64,000 nt of DNA from an uncultured Collinsella sp. (GCA_902493985.1 CABURR010000003.1:7210-71209), one strand, 5' to 3'. Positions 9,523-20,202 are shown, counted from the stretch's first letter. A program made the numbers and translations. The notes: generated by a model not told the origin, from the letters alone.

Positions 9523-10566
9523 CTACTCCATGTAGTAGAAATCATCGGCCGGGAGCTTGCCGCCCACGGCGCTCGCGTCCGCATCGGCCAGCACCTGCAG
9601 GTACCCACCGAGCGCCGCCTTCATATCCTTCCCCGTCTGGCATACAAGCATGCACCCGGGAATCGCCTTTTCGGCAATCGTGGCGTTATCCACGATGCCC
9701 GCATCGACCACGGCCTGAGCCCAGTCTGCCGGCGCCGCATTGACGGCCTTCACGCTCGCCTCATGGCAGCTCAGGAATTCCGCCACAGCCTCGGGATGTT
9801 CTTCGGCAAAGGCCCGGCGCACCACGGTCGCACCCGTCAGCAAACGGGAGCCCGTGTCACCCGCCAGCTCATCCCACACATCAGTCAGACTTACCGGTGC
9901 TGAAAGCTTGCCTTCGCTCTTTGCGATGGCAGCGGTCTTGAACGGCTCCGGCAGCACGCCCACGGCAGAAGGATCGGCAAGCAGCGCCGACAGTACCTCG
10001 GTGGGCTCGCTCTTAAACTCAAGCGCCACCTGGCCGGTCAGTCCCGCGCGCTCCAGCAGGTAGTTCATAACGTACTCCGGCGTGGTGCCTTTGCCCGTCA
10101 TGTAGACGGTGCGACCCGCCAGGTCGCCAAACGAGGTCATGCCCGCGTCGCCCGTCACCACATTCAGCACGCCCAGCGTGTTGATGTCGATGACTTGCAC
10201 TGCACCCTCGGTCTTGTTGTAGAGAACGCTCGCCACGTTGGCGGGCACCAGGGCAATGTCGACATCGCCCTGAATGACCTTGGGCACGACCTCGTCGGCC
10301 GCGGCGCTGATCGCAAAGTCGAAATCGTTGTCCGTGGCACCGTCGGCAGCCTGGTCCATAAACTGCACCAGGCCAATCGAGGTCGGCCCCTTGAGCGAGG
10401 CGACGTGCACCTCGACCGGCTCGGCAGCGGCACCGTCAGCGGCAGACCCGACAGCCGAGCCCGCAGCAGACCCGCCACCACAGCCAGCCAGCGCGAGCGA
10501 CAACGCGCCCGCAGCAAGTGCCGAGGCAAATCCCCGGCGCGTCATCTCAACATCAAACGCGCGCAT
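9523..10566 (-). CDS. NitT/SsuA-like ABC substrate-binding lipoprotein with Tat signal
   Basis: TRRGF twin-arginine, LAGC lipobox, LKGPTSIG, LPEPF. Confidence 0.85.
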   Translation of the reverse strand: MRAFDVEMTRRGFASALAAGALSLALAGCGGGSAAGSAVGSAADGAAAEPVEVHVASLKGPTSIGLVQFMDQAADGATDNDFDFAISAAADEVVPKVIQGDVDIALVPANVASVLYNKTEGAVQVIDINTLGVLNVVTGDAGMTSFGDLAGRTVYMTGKGTTPEYVMNYLLERAGLTGQVALEFKSEPTEVLSALLADPSAVGVLPEPFKTAAIAKSEGKLSAPVSLTDVWDELAGDTGSRLLTGATVVRRAFAEEHPEAVAEFLSCHEASVKAVNAAPADWAQAVVDAGIVDNATIAEKAIPGCMLVCQTGKDMKAALGGYLQVLADADASAVGGKLPADDFYYME

Positions 10567-10568
10567 CG

Positions 10569-12380
10569 CTAGCACGCCCTCTCGTTGGGCATCGACCAGG
10601 CGTGATGGTCGGTATGCAGCAGCTCCTCGGCCAGCGGCGAGAGCGGCTCGCCCAAGAACTCGCGGTAGCACGCCTGAACATCGGGATTCTCGTGCGAGAA
10701 GCGAATGTCCGCAGCGGCATCCAGGCCCCACAGCACCTGACCGCGCTCGGCCGCCAGCTCGCAGCCGTCGTGGATGGGCTGACCGCCGCCACCGACGCAG
10801 CCGCCCGGGCACGCCATGACCTCAACGAAGTCATAGCTCACGCGGCCGTCGCGAATCGCGTCGAGCAGACGGGCGGCGTTGCCCAGCCCGTGTGCCACGG
10901 CGACGCGCACCTTGGTGCCATCGATATCGGCCACGGCATCCTTCCAGCCGTCCAGGCCGCGCACATCGGTAAAGAAGTCGGCGTCGGGGTTCTTGCCCGT
11001 CACCAGGTAATAGGCCGAGCGCACGGCGGCCTCCATCACACCGCCCGTGGCGCCAAAGATCACACCCGCGCCCGTGCCAAAGCCCAGCGGCGTGTCGAGA
11101 GGCTCCTCGACCAGCGTGTCCACGCTCACGTGGCTTGCGCGGATCATGCGCACCATCTCGCGCACCGTCAGTGCAACGTCCACATCGGGCGTGCCGTCCT
11201 CACCCACCATGCTCGGCAGCGCGCACTCGGCCTTCTTGGCCGTGCACGGCATCACGGACACCACAAACAGGCGCTCGGGCTCCACACCCAGCACCTTGGC
11301 GTAGTACGTCTTGGCAATAGCGCCGAACATCTGCTGCGGCGACTTGGACGTGGACAGGCTGTCGACAAACTCGGGGTAACGTGCCTTCACAAAGCGCACC
11401 CAGCCCGGGCAGCAGCTCGTAAACATGGGCCAGCCGCGACTATCGCCCTCACCCTTAGCGACGGCGCCCAGGCGCTCGAGCAGCTCGGAGCCCTCCTCCA
11501 TAATGGTGAGATCGGCCGAGAAGTCGGTGTCGAACACGTACTCAAAGCCAACGCGGCGCAGCGCGCAAGCCAGGCGCTCGACGGTAGCCTCCTCGCGCGG
11601 AATGCCGAGCTCCTCGCCCCAGGCACTACGCACGGCCGGCGCGATCTGCACCAGCACGATCTTGTCGGGATCGGCGATGGCGTCGAACACGGTCTCGGTG
11701 TCGTCACGCTCGCGCAGGGCGCCCGTCGGGCAATGCGTGATGCACTGACCGCACGCGACGCAATCGGTCTTGCCGATCGGCGCACGCCCACGGGTGCCCA
11801 CGGCGGTATGCGTGGCGCGGTTGGTCAGGTCCCAAATCCCTAAGCCCTGTACGCTCTCGCACACCTTGATGCAGCGCATGCATTTGATGCACTTGTCGTT
11901 ATCACGGATGATGGGGAAATCGAAGTCCCAGCCCTCACGCGCCAGGTGCTGCTCGTACGGCAGATAGAAGATGCCCAGGTCGTTGGCGATGGTCTGCAGG
12001 TTGCAGTTACCGCTGCGTACGCAGCTCGTACAGCGCGAGTCGTGCTGGGACAGCAGCAGTTGCACGTTGGTGCGACGCGCCTCGCGGGCCTTGGGGCTGT
12101 TAGTGTGGACCACCATGCCGTCGAGCACGTAGTTGTTGCAGGCGGCAACCAGCTGGTCGCAGCCCTCAACCTCGACCACGCACACGCGACAACCGCCGAT
12201 CTCGTTTAGATTGCGCAGGTAGCACAGGGTGGGAATCTGGATGCCGACGGACTTGGCCGCGTCCAGGATCGTGGTGTGCTCGGGCGCCACGACCTCGCAA
12301 TTATCGATAGTGAGCTTGACCATGTTGAGTGCTCCGCTTTCGGTGTTGTCGCTGACAGTGGGGTTGTTGAGCTCTACCAT
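10569..12380 (-). CDS. hydA: [FeFe]-hydrogenase catalytic subunit (group A)
   Basis: H-cluster motifs FTSCCPGW, MPCTAKKAE, EVMACPGGCVGGGGQP; N-terminal 2Fe-2S and 4Fe-4S domains; start may alternatively be 12323. Confidence 0.92.
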   Translation of the reverse strand: MVELNNPTVSDNTESGALNMVKLTIDNCEVVAPEHTTILDAAKSVGIQIPTLCYLRNLNEIGGCRVCVVEVEGCDQLVAACNNYVLDGMVVHTNSPKAREARRTNVQLLLSQHDSRCTSCVRSGNCNLQTIANDLGIFYLPYEQHLAREGWDFDFPIIRDNDKCIKCMRCIKVCESVQGLGIWDLTNRATHTAVGTRGRAPIGKTDCVACGQCITHCPTGALRERDDTETVFDAIADPDKIVLVQIAPAVRSAWGEELGIPREEATVERLACALRRVGFEYVFDTDFSADLTIMEEGSELLERLGAVAKGEGDSRGWPMFTSCCPGWVRFVKARYPEFVDSLSTSKSPQQMFGAIAKTYYAKVLGVEPERLFVVSVMPCTAKKAECALPSMVGEDGTPDVDVALTVREMVRMIRASHVSVDTLVEEPLDTPLGFGTGAGVIFGATGGVMEAAVRSAYYLVTGKNPDADFFTDVRGLDGWKDAVADIDGTKVRVAVAHGLGNAARLLDAIRDGRVSYDFVEVMACPGGCVGGGGQPIHDGCELAAERGQVLWGLDAAADIRFSHENPDVQACYREFLGEPLSPLAEELLHTDHHAWSMPNERAC

Positions 12381-14206
12381 TCCAGGTTCCTCCCTCCGCG
12401 GAACGCGCCAAAGCCAAAGTGGTCGCAACGCAGGCAGCGGCTTGCCTCCTGGCGTGCCTCCTCCTCGGTAAGGCCCTGCTCGACCAGATTCCAATCGTGG
12501 ATGCGCTCGCCGGCCTCGCGCTCGCCCAGCTCGCAGCGGCCGCACTCGTGCTTGCCCTTAAACTGTACGGTCGGCAGCTCAACGTCAAGCTTGATCTTGT
12601 GGTCAAAGCCCAGATAGCGGTCGATATTTGCCGAAGCAACGCGGCCGGCGTTGATGGCCCGGATGACGGTGGCGGGACCGGTCTGGCAGTCGCCGCCACT
12701 AAAGAGGCCATCGAAGTTAGGCACGGCGCCATCCGAATCGGTGATGACGCAGCCCCACTTGCAGGCAATGCCCATCTCCTCAAACGGTTTGGAATCGATG
12801 TCCTGGCCAATGGCCACAAACACGCGCTCGCAGGGAATGACGCGCTCGGGTGTGGCGGCGGCACGCGGGGCCGGACGCCCACGACGGGGCTCGCCGATAA
12901 TCTGCGGCTGCACGCGCAGGCCGCTCACGCGACCGTCCTCGCCCGTCTCGATACCGAGCGGGGCCGTGAGCTCCAGAACCTCGCAGCCCTCGGCCTGGGC
13001 GCCGGCAATCTCGGCATCCTGGGCCGTCATGTCGCAGATGCGACGGCGGTAGACGATGCTCACCTTTTCGGCACCGCAGCGCACGGCAGAGCGCGCCACG
13101 TCCATGGCCACGTTGCCGCCGCCGATGACGCACACGCGCTGACCGCTCAGGTCGGGCAGCTCGTCGTCGCCGATGGCGCGCAGCATCTTGACGGCCGACT
13201 CCACGCCGGGCGCCTCTTCGCCCGGAAGGCCGAGCTTCTTATCGCTGTGGGCGCCAATGGCCAGATAAACGGCATCGAACTCGTCGCGCAGGCGGGCAAG
13301 CTCCTCGCCATTGACGGAGTGGTCGAGTTCCACTTCGATACCGGCGCTCAAGATCCAGTCGATCTCGGCCTGCAGGCGCTCGCGCGGCAGACGGTAGCTG
13401 GGGATGCCGTAGCGTAGCATGCCGCCCAAGTGGTGGCGCTGCTCAAAAATGGTCACCTTGTGGCCCATCACGGCCAGGTAGTAGGCGCAGGAAAGACCGG
13501 CCGGGCCGCCGCCAATCACGGCGACGCGCTTACCGGTGTTGTCGGCCACGCTGGGCTTGTAATCGTTGAGGTCGCTGTGCTCAACGGCAAAACGCTTGAG
13601 GGCGAGGATGTTCATGGGATCGTCGACCATGCCGCGACGGCAGTGCATCTCGCAGGGATGCTCGCACACCAGGCCGCAAACGAGCGGCAGCGGGTTGTTC
13701 TTGCGGATGACCTTGACGGCATCGGCATAGCGGCCGGCCTCGACCAGCGAAATGTAACCGGGAATGTCGACGTGCGCCGGGCAGCCCGAGACGCACGGGA
13801 CGCGGGCCTCGCGGTCAAAGCCACAGGAGTGCTCGCGGATGTGGTGCTCAAAATCGTCGCGAAAACCGCGAATGGCCGTAAGCGCCATGGCGCCGGCCTC
13901 GTAACCGATGGCGCAGTCGCTCGAAAGATAGATGGTGCGGGCGGTGCGCTCGATCAGATTGAGCGTGGACTCGTCGGCGCGGCCCTCGAGCACATCGGCG
14001 AGCAGGTCGCTCAGCGCGCTCAGGCCCACGCGGCAGGGCGTGCACTTGCCGCAGCTCTGGGTGGAGCACAGGTTGACGAGCGCCGCCGTAAACTCGACGG
14101 GACACGGGGCGAGCGAACTCACCGCCAGACGGCGTCCAAGCGCATCGTGCAGGTCGTCCATGACGGCCTGAGCGTGGCTGCGTTCCATTACGTGCAGTCG
14201 AGCCAT
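12374..14206 (-). CDS. GltD-like NAD(P)-binding Fe-S flavoprotein with NuoF-type N-terminal 4Fe-4S (hydrogenase partner)
   Basis: SCGKCTPCRVG; CPAHVDIP; GGGPAG; GGGNVAMDVAR; EASRCLRC; overlaps the hydA start. Confidence 0.85.
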   Translation of the reverse strand: MARLHVMERSHAQAVMDDLHDALGRRLAVSSLAPCPVEFTAALVNLCSTQSCGKCTPCRVGLSALSDLLADVLEGRADESTLNLIERTARTIYLSSDCAIGYEAGAMALTAIRGFRDDFEHHIREHSCGFDREARVPCVSGCPAHVDIPGYISLVEAGRYADAVKVIRKNNPLPLVCGLVCEHPCEMHCRRGMVDDPMNILALKRFAVEHSDLNDYKPSVADNTGKRVAVIGGGPAGLSCAYYLAVMGHKVTIFEQRHHLGGMLRYGIPSYRLPRERLQAEIDWILSAGIEVELDHSVNGEELARLRDEFDAVYLAIGAHSDKKLGLPGEEAPGVESAVKMLRAIGDDELPDLSGQRVCVIGGGNVAMDVARSAVRCGAEKVSIVYRRRICDMTAQDAEIAGAQAEGCEVLELTAPLGIETGEDGRVSGLRVQPQIIGEPRRGRPAPRAAATPERVIPCERVFVAIGQDIDSKPFEEMGIACKWGCVITDSDGAVPNFDGLFSGGDCQTGPATVIRAINAGRVASANIDRYLGFDHKIKLDVELPTVQFKGKHECGRCELGEREAGERIHDWNLVEQGLTEEEARQEASRCLRCDHFGFGAFRGGRNLEW

Positions 14207-14462
14207 AAGATCCCCTCTCACATGGCAGCCCGGAGGCGAGGCCGGGCGAAGTTGCTACACGCACAACACTGACCTAAAAAGTTGTTAGGTCTCCACGCAG
14301 TTCGGCAGGCGGTATGAAAAGTCACCCTCGGCGGTGAAATAGAACATTACCGCAGATAAATGCCATATTTGATAAAACGCGTTACCAAATGACAATGCCC
14401 CGCCCACGCAATCACGTGGACGGGGCATTGCTCCAGGCATGCGGTCAGCGACCCTGTTGCTT

Positions 14463-15845
14463 TTACTTAAGCTCGGGCCAGTAACCCTTGTTGGCCTCGA
14501 TCATGTCGTCGAGAACTTCCTTGGCGACCTTCATCGACGGCACGGTCTTGTTCAGCGTAAAGGCCTTGAGCGCCTTCTCGTACGAACCCTCGATCGTAGC
14601 CTCGACCACGAGCTTCTCGGAGTTCAGCTGCTGCATCATGAGGCCCTGCTGGAACAGCGGAATGTTGTCGCGACTGATGACCTCGGGGCCGTTCTTGCCA
14701 ATGTAGGCAGGCAGCTCGACCATAGCGTCGTAGGGCATATTGGGGATAGCGCCCTTGTTCTCGCAAATGACCAGGAAGCGCTGCTTGGTGTCGTTCTTCA
14801 GAGCGATAGCCAGGTCAGCAATCCAGTCGCCGTGGCTGCCCGCATAGAACGTGCTCTCGTCGATCTCGCCCGTCTTCTCGTAGTGGTCGATGCCGTCGAA
14901 GAGGTTCTTCTCGCGCGTCTCCTCAACCTCATTCGCACGGGTGCGCTCGGGGTTGGAATGCTCGACGAACTCCTTCTGCTGCAGGTAGTAGTTCAGATAC
15001 GTGTTAGGCAGGTACTCCGGGAAGCACTCCATGATCTCGTACTCGCCCTTCCAGACGTAGTACCAGCTGCCCTTGGTGTGGCGGTTCTGCTCGGGGTGCT
15101 CGTCAGTGGCCTCCTCGGGCTTCTTTGCCATGAGCGAGCCCATGCCCTTGAGGTAGGAGTCGGGCAGCAGGATCTGGTGCTCCTTGATGTACTCGCGCAG
15201 CTGCGGGAGCACCTCCTCGCCCTTGTGGCGGATCGAGGTGAACCAGCCAAAGTGGTTGAGGCCAAAGTAATCGTACTCGACATCCTTCTTGTCGATATCG
15301 AGCGCGGCGCAAACCACGTCGATGATCGCGATCGGCATGTCGCAGATGTTGATGATGCGAGCGTTGGGACGCAGCACGCGGCAGCCCTCGGAGACGATGG
15401 CGGCAGGGTTGGAGTAGTTGAGAATCCAGTAGTCCTTCTTGGCGTACTTCTCAACGTCATCGATCAGCTCGACCATGGGGAAGATGGTGCGCATGCCGTA
15501 GGCAAGGCCGCCGCAACCGCAGGTCTCCTGACCAACGCAGCCGTGACGCAGCGGAATCTTCTCGTCCTGCTCGCGCATGGCGTAGCCGCCCACGCGCATC
15601 TGGGCAAACACGAAGCTCGCGTCGGTAAAAGCCGTCTCTTTGTCGGTGGTCACCGTGAGCTTGATGTCCAGGCCGAGGTCCTCGTGCAAAATCCAGTCCA
15701 CGAGCACGCCGATCTTGCGCTGGCGCTCCTCGTTGATGTCGTACAGACGAATCTCGTCAACGTCGAGCTCGTCCTTGCGCAGGGCGATGGACTTGACGAT
15801 GCCGGGGGTAAAGGTGGATCCGCCACCACACAGAGTAATGATCAT
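14463..15845 (-). CDS. GH4 6-phospho-alpha-glucosidase
   Basis: GGGSTFTPG, GQETCGCGG, NYSNP, ICDMP, GLNHFGW. Confidence 0.9.
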   Translation of the reverse strand: MIITLCGGGSTFTPGIVKSIALRKDELDVDEIRLYDINEERQRKIGVLVDWILHEDLGLDIKLTVTTDKETAFTDASFVFAQMRVGGYAMREQDEKIPLRHGCVGQETCGCGGLAYGMRTIFPMVELIDDVEKYAKKDYWILNYSNPAAIVSEGCRVLRPNARIINICDMPIAIIDVVCAALDIDKKDVEYDYFGLNHFGWFTSIRHKGEEVLPQLREYIKEHQILLPDSYLKGMGSLMAKKPEEATDEHPEQNRHTKGSWYYVWKGEYEIMECFPEYLPNTYLNYYLQQKEFVEHSNPERTRANEVEETREKNLFDGIDHYEKTGEIDESTFYAGSHGDWIADLAIALKNDTKQRFLVICENKGAIPNMPYDAMVELPAYIGKNGPEVISRDNIPLFQQGLMMQQLNSEKLVVEATIEGSYEKALKAFTLNKTVPSMKVAKEVLDDMIEANKGYWPELK

Positions 15846-15848
15846 TGT

Positions 15849-17465
15849 TTACTGCTCCTTCTCAATTGCGTTTTCGACCTTGTCGCGCATCTCGGCGACC
15901 TTCATGCCAAAGATAATCTGGATATTGTTGCCGTTGCGGTTGATGCCGCTGTTGGGCACGTGGTTGATGAGGTTCTCATCGATGAGGTCCGGGTTCTTAA
16001 CGTTCACACGAAGACGCGTAAAGCAGTTCTCGAGCTCCTCGATGTTGTCCTTGCCACCAAGACCCGCGACCAGGTCGGCAATACCTGCATCGACGCCCTC
16101 TGCGGGAGCTGCGGCAACAGCGCCCTGCTTCACCGCGACAGACGCGGCGGCCTCGCCCTCGGCAACGGACTCAGCAAGCTCGGACTCTTCCTCGCGACCA
16201 GGGGTGTGAAGGTTGAGCTTCTTAATAAGGAAGGTGAAGAGGAAGAAGTACAGAGCGGCGTTGACGACTCCAAGCACCAGCATAACCGGCCAGTTGGTCT
16301 TATCGACACCGAGAACCAGGTTGGAAACCACGATGTTGATGATGCCGCCTGCAGTCGAAGCGGGCACGGAGAGAACCTTGAGCAGGACCAGGAAGATGCC
16401 GGAAAGAACCGAGTGAACGACAAAGAGCACGGGAGCGACAAAGACAAAGAGGAAGTCCATGGGCTCGGTCACGCAGGAGAGCACGGCGGTGATGATCAGC
16501 GGGATAATGACAGCCTTGGTCTTGTCCTTGTTTCCCTTGTAAGCAGTGAAGATAAAGGCGAGGCCGATGCCGATGTAGGGCCACAGGTTGTTGAAGGTGT
16601 AGCTGTTGAAGTAGGTGCTATCGGAGAAGGGCTGGCCCGTCATTGCCATCTCGGCAACACGGATGGGATAGGCACCGGCGATAACCTGATCACCCAGCGT
16701 AAGGGTGCCGCCCACATCGGAGAACTGGAACGGGGTGTAGATGAGGTGGTGCAGACCGGTGGGAACGAGCAGCTTGTTGAGCATGCCGTAGATAAACAGA
16801 CCGATGTTGCCCGACTCCTTAATGATGCCGGCGACGGAGGAGATGGCACCCTGAACCGGAGGCCAAACGATGCAGAAGCCAGCGCGCATGATCCAGGAGA
16901 TGATGATCATGATCAGGAACGGGAAGCGAACGCCCGAGAACATCGAAAGGGCAATGGGGAACTGCTTGTTCGAGTACTTGTTGAACACGGCACCGGTGAT
17001 GCAACCAAGGATGATGCCGCCAAACACGCCGGTATCGAGCACCTGAATGCCCATAACGGTGGCCTGGCCGGTTCCGGTAAGGCCGAGCATGCCGCTCGCA
17101 TCGGCAAGAGAGCCGGTGGCGTTGAGCACGATGTTGTTAGCCTGCAGGAACAGGAAGAACGACATCAGGGCGATCAGCGAAGCATGGCCCTTGTTCTTCT
17201 TTGCCATGGCGCCGGCGATGCCAACGCAGAACAGAATCGAGAGGTTGTTGATGATAAACATCAGCGACTGATAGACAACGGCGCCCACAAGCTGGAACGG
17301 ACCGGAGCCCAGCACGGGGACCAAAGCGCAGATGGTCTTGTTGGTCAGAATGATGCCCACGATGAGCAGGATGCCGGCAACCGAGAGATACATCATCGGC
17401 TGGACGATCGACTTCGCGAACACCTCCAACGGCGCTTTGAAATTGAACTTCTTTTTTGCGGTCAT
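15849..17465 (-). CDS. PTS EIICB, glucose/maltose/alpha-glucoside family
   Basis: PTGLHH, TEPMDF, TPGRE linker, EIIB NCFTRLR. Confidence 0.9.
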   Translation of the reverse strand: MTAKKKFNFKAPLEVFAKSIVQPMMYLSVAGILLIVGIILTNKTICALVPVLGSGPFQLVGAVVYQSLMFIINNLSILFCVGIAGAMAKKNKGHASLIALMSFFLFLQANNIVLNATGSLADASGMLGLTGTGQATVMGIQVLDTGVFGGIILGCITGAVFNKYSNKQFPIALSMFSGVRFPFLIMIIISWIMRAGFCIVWPPVQGAISSVAGIIKESGNIGLFIYGMLNKLLVPTGLHHLIYTPFQFSDVGGTLTLGDQVIAGAYPIRVAEMAMTGQPFSDSTYFNSYTFNNLWPYIGIGLAFIFTAYKGNKDKTKAVIIPLIITAVLSCVTEPMDFLFVFVAPVLFVVHSVLSGIFLVLLKVLSVPASTAGGIINIVVSNLVLGVDKTNWPVMLVLGVVNAALYFFLFTFLIKKLNLHTPGREEESELAESVAEGEAAASVAVKQGAVAAAPAEGVDAGIADLVAGLGGKDNIEELENCFTRLRVNVKNPDLIDENLINHVPNSGINRNGNNIQIIFGMKVAEMRDKVENAIEKEQ

Positions 17466-17564
17466 AGCGGTACTCCCCTTCCTTTTCCGCAAATTAAGAC
17501 AGATGTGCCCTAGACAAGACTGTGAGCCTTGCCTTATATCAATCGATGTGTGGGCACGTTATGC

Positions 17565-18431
17565 CTAGAGACCAGGTTCTCCAAGCAGGTTAACAATGTG
17601 ATATGCGAGATAACTCTTCTCGGCATCGGTAACGACAACGTTATAGGTAGACGACAAGTGAGCGGCTATGGCATCCGCGCACGAGAATGCGCACGGATAC
17701 GCCGTTTCGTCGATTCGGAACAGCGCGTCGCCACTGATTTGCCCGGCCGTAGGATCGAGTGCTCGCTGTGCGAAAAACTGCAGGTGACGAACGAAGCGTT
17801 CGTAAGGCAGCGAGGTGTCATCGAGGGTCGTGGCATAGCGCTCGGAAACAATCGCGAGCACGTCGCGAACAAGCTGGACCGAGATGATTAGACGGTCGGA
17901 GCGTTGCGGCATGGTGGCGTTGACGATATGCAGCGTAATAAAACCCTGCTCTTCTTCGCTCATCTGGATGCCCAAATAGTCCTTGATAATCTGAAGGGCA
18001 CGGCCCGCAAGCGCGTACTCCTTGCGATAGAACTGCTGGATCTCGAGCAGCAGCGGATTCTCGCACGGAACGCCCTTGCGCTCGCGCTCCAAAGCAAGGC
18101 TGATATGGTCTGCGAGAGCAATGAGGATCTTATCGTTGATGTCGACATTGAGCTCTCGACGAAGCATCTGAACGATGTCCTCGGAAATCACGAGGTTGAC
18201 GGTGGGGATGGACTCTAAAAGATGTGCCAAGCGGTCTATCGTACGCGAATCCTGAGAAGTTCCCTCCTGCAACGCGTAGGTCTTTTCGATCGACGCCTCG
18301 TCGATGGCATCGCCGGCATGACGGCCAAAGCAGAGGCCTCGACCGATGACGATGAGCTCGGAGCCATCGTCCGAAGTGACCATTGCGACGTTGTTGTTAA
18401 AAACTCGCTTGATAACCACGGTACCCACCAC
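17565..18431 (-). CDS. BglG/LicT-family PRD antiterminator
   Basis: KRVFNNNVA...GRGLCFG CAT domain; PRD His motifs LADH, ITLH, VRH, AYH. Confidence 0.9.
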   Translation of the reverse strand: MVGTVVIKRVFNNNVAMVTSDDGSELIVIGRGLCFGRHAGDAIDEASIEKTYALQEGTSQDSRTIDRLAHLLESIPTVNLVISEDIVQMLRRELNVDINDKILIALADHISLALERERKGVPCENPLLLEIQQFYRKEYALAGRALQIIKDYLGIQMSEEEQGFITLHIVNATMPQRSDRLIISVQLVRDVLAIVSERYATTLDDTSLPYERFVRHLQFFAQRALDPTAGQISGDALFRIDETAYPCAFSCADAIAAHLSSTYNVVVTDAEKSYLAYHIVNLLGEPGL

Positions 18432-18437
18432 AAAAAT

Positions 18438-18950
18438 TTACTCGGAAAGCCAGATGACAGGCTCTTTAGCAGCAACAGGGCCGGAAGCATGCTCACGAAG
18501 AGTCGAGTTCTCCGAACGCTCGCACACGATAACGAAGACCGTGGGATCGAAGCCGGCGGCGCGGACTGCGTCGAAATCGACCTCGACGAGAGGCTGACCT
18601 GCGTCGACATGGTCACCTTGGGCAACAAGCGCATGGAAACCCTTGCCCTCAAGTTTAACAGTGTCGATTCCGATGTGCAGCATCACCTGAGCAGAGCTGT
18701 CGTCGGACATAATGCCCAGCGCGTGCTCAGTCGGAAACAGCGCCGCGACGGTACCGGAAACAGGAGCGCACACCGTTCCCTCTTGGGGAACCACGGCAAC
18801 GCCATCGCCCACGGCACGGCTGCTAAAAGCAGGGTCATTGGTATTTTCTAGATAAACAAGCTCGCCGGAAACGGGAGCGAGGATTTCGAACTCGGAAGCT
18901 GCAGTCTTCTGCTCATCCGAACCGCCCATCAGGCGAGAAAAGAAACCCAT
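18438..18950 (-). CDS. PTS EIIA, glucose family
   Basis: DPAFS...GDG, FPTEHALG, LHIGIDTV. Confidence 0.9.
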   Translation of the reverse strand: MGFFSRLMGGSDEQKTAASEFEILAPVSGELVYLENTNDPAFSSRAVGDGVAVVPQEGTVCAPVSGTVAALFPTEHALGIMSDDSSAQVMLHIGIDTVKLEGKGFHALVAQGDHVDAGQPLVEVDFDAVRAAGFDPTVFVIVCERSENSTLREHASGPVAAKEPVIWLSE

Positions 18951-19030
18951 GGTGGCATGTCCCTTCATAAATATAGCCCAACCAAAATCAAGCGAATGCA
19001 TCCATAGAGACACACCCGTTCAAAGACTTT

Positions 19031-19066
19031 GGTTAGGCCCACGTCCGAGGGACTCGGTAACCTTCC
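19031..19066 (-). promoter_or_regulatory. Putative RAT (ribonucleic antiterminator) site
   Basis: Minus strand GGAAGGTTACCGAG-TCC-CTCGGACGTGGGCCTAACC resembles a RAT hairpin; lies in the leader of the antiterminator-containing operon. Confidence 0.5.
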
Positions 19067-19230
19067 GCATTTCTTTTTACGGGAGCTATTGTAGGCAACA
19101 GCAAAGCCGGAATAGTCATCATGACCGGTGAGCGGTATTTTTTCTTCGATAAACGGTATTTAGGCGGCACTTAGGGACGTTCCTTTCCCGCCGGCACCCA
19201 GGGGCACTCCTTGCAGCAATTTCGTATGCG

Positions 19231-19992
19231 CTAGATGAAGAGCTCGCATTCCTTCCGCACGACGCAAACCTTGCTCAACATCTGGGAAACAGCGGATAGC
19301 TTGTTGGGATCAAGCTTGCGAGCGCCTCGCGGACATACGGCGATGCAGCGCATGCAGGAGATGCACGCCTCGCCAGCTGCTCGTTTGGGGTCACCCTTGT
19401 CGATAGCACAAACGGGGCACGCCGCGGCGCATGCACCGCAGGAGACACAATCCCCTGTTGCCTCGGGTGCCATGCGGTGACCTCCGGCTTGTTTATAAGG
19501 ACGATTGCCGGGAATAGAGGGCTCGGATGTATCCTCGGCCAACAGCTTTTGCTGAATTTGCTGCGCAAACTCTGCGAGCTGCGCCGCATCCTGCGCATCC
19601 GGACGACCGGCAGCAAACTGTCGCGCAATGGAATGTTCTGCAATGGCCGCAACTGCCGCGATCACCCGGAATCCCGCATGCTTCGCAACGTCCTCCAGCT
19701 CTACGAGCGTGTCCTCAAACGCGCGGTTTCCGTAGACGCACACCAGAACGGCCCGCGCTCCGTTGCCGTGAACCATGCCCAACCGGTCAGCCACCACAGC
19801 CGGGATTCTACCGGCATACGCCGGCACAGAGATTACGGCCACGTCGTCCTCAGTCATCGAGACAGCGCTGAAATCTAGCCCGCTATCGGTCAGATCGACG
19901 GTAACGGTATTCTTGTCCAGTGCCCCGGCCACAAGGCCAGACACCTTCTGCGTTCCACCCGTCGGACTAAACACAATTTCGAATACGCTCAT
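19231..19992 (-). CDS. EFR1-like flavodoxin-fold/4Fe-4S ferredoxin
   Basis: FSPTGGT, VYGNRAFEDTL, CVSCGACAAACP, CISCMRCIAVCP. Confidence 0.85.
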   Translation of the reverse strand: MSVFEIVFSPTGGTQKVSGLVAGALDKNTVTVDLTDSGLDFSAVSMTEDDVAVISVPAYAGRIPAVVADRLGMVHGNGARAVLVCVYGNRAFEDTLVELEDVAKHAGFRVIAAVAAIAEHSIARQFAAGRPDAQDAAQLAEFAQQIQQKLLAEDTSEPSIPGNRPYKQAGGHRMAPEATGDCVSCGACAAACPVCAIDKGDPKRAAGEACISCMRCIAVCPRGARKLDPNKLSAVSQMLSKVCVVRKECELFI

Positions 19993-20202
19993 CGAGACAC
20001 CCTCCCCCTACGTCTGGCAACGCGTCAAGCCGTTTTCACATCCAGCCAGAGTATACGGCACGTGGGATCCCCATTTTGGTGCATCAAGCACCCCAATGCA
20101 CCAACCCTACGCTGTCTGCCTCTTCGTTTTGTATAAATTACGGTACAGATTGTATATATTTACGGGATACCGCCGTGTTCTCCCGAGGTACCCCATCCTG
20201 GC

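Noticed and set aside
14439..17513. Long antisense ORFs (1024 aa here; also 20602-22926, 35793-39701, 61084-63051)
   Set aside because: Shadow frames opposite well-supported genes in high-GC DNA; no motifs.
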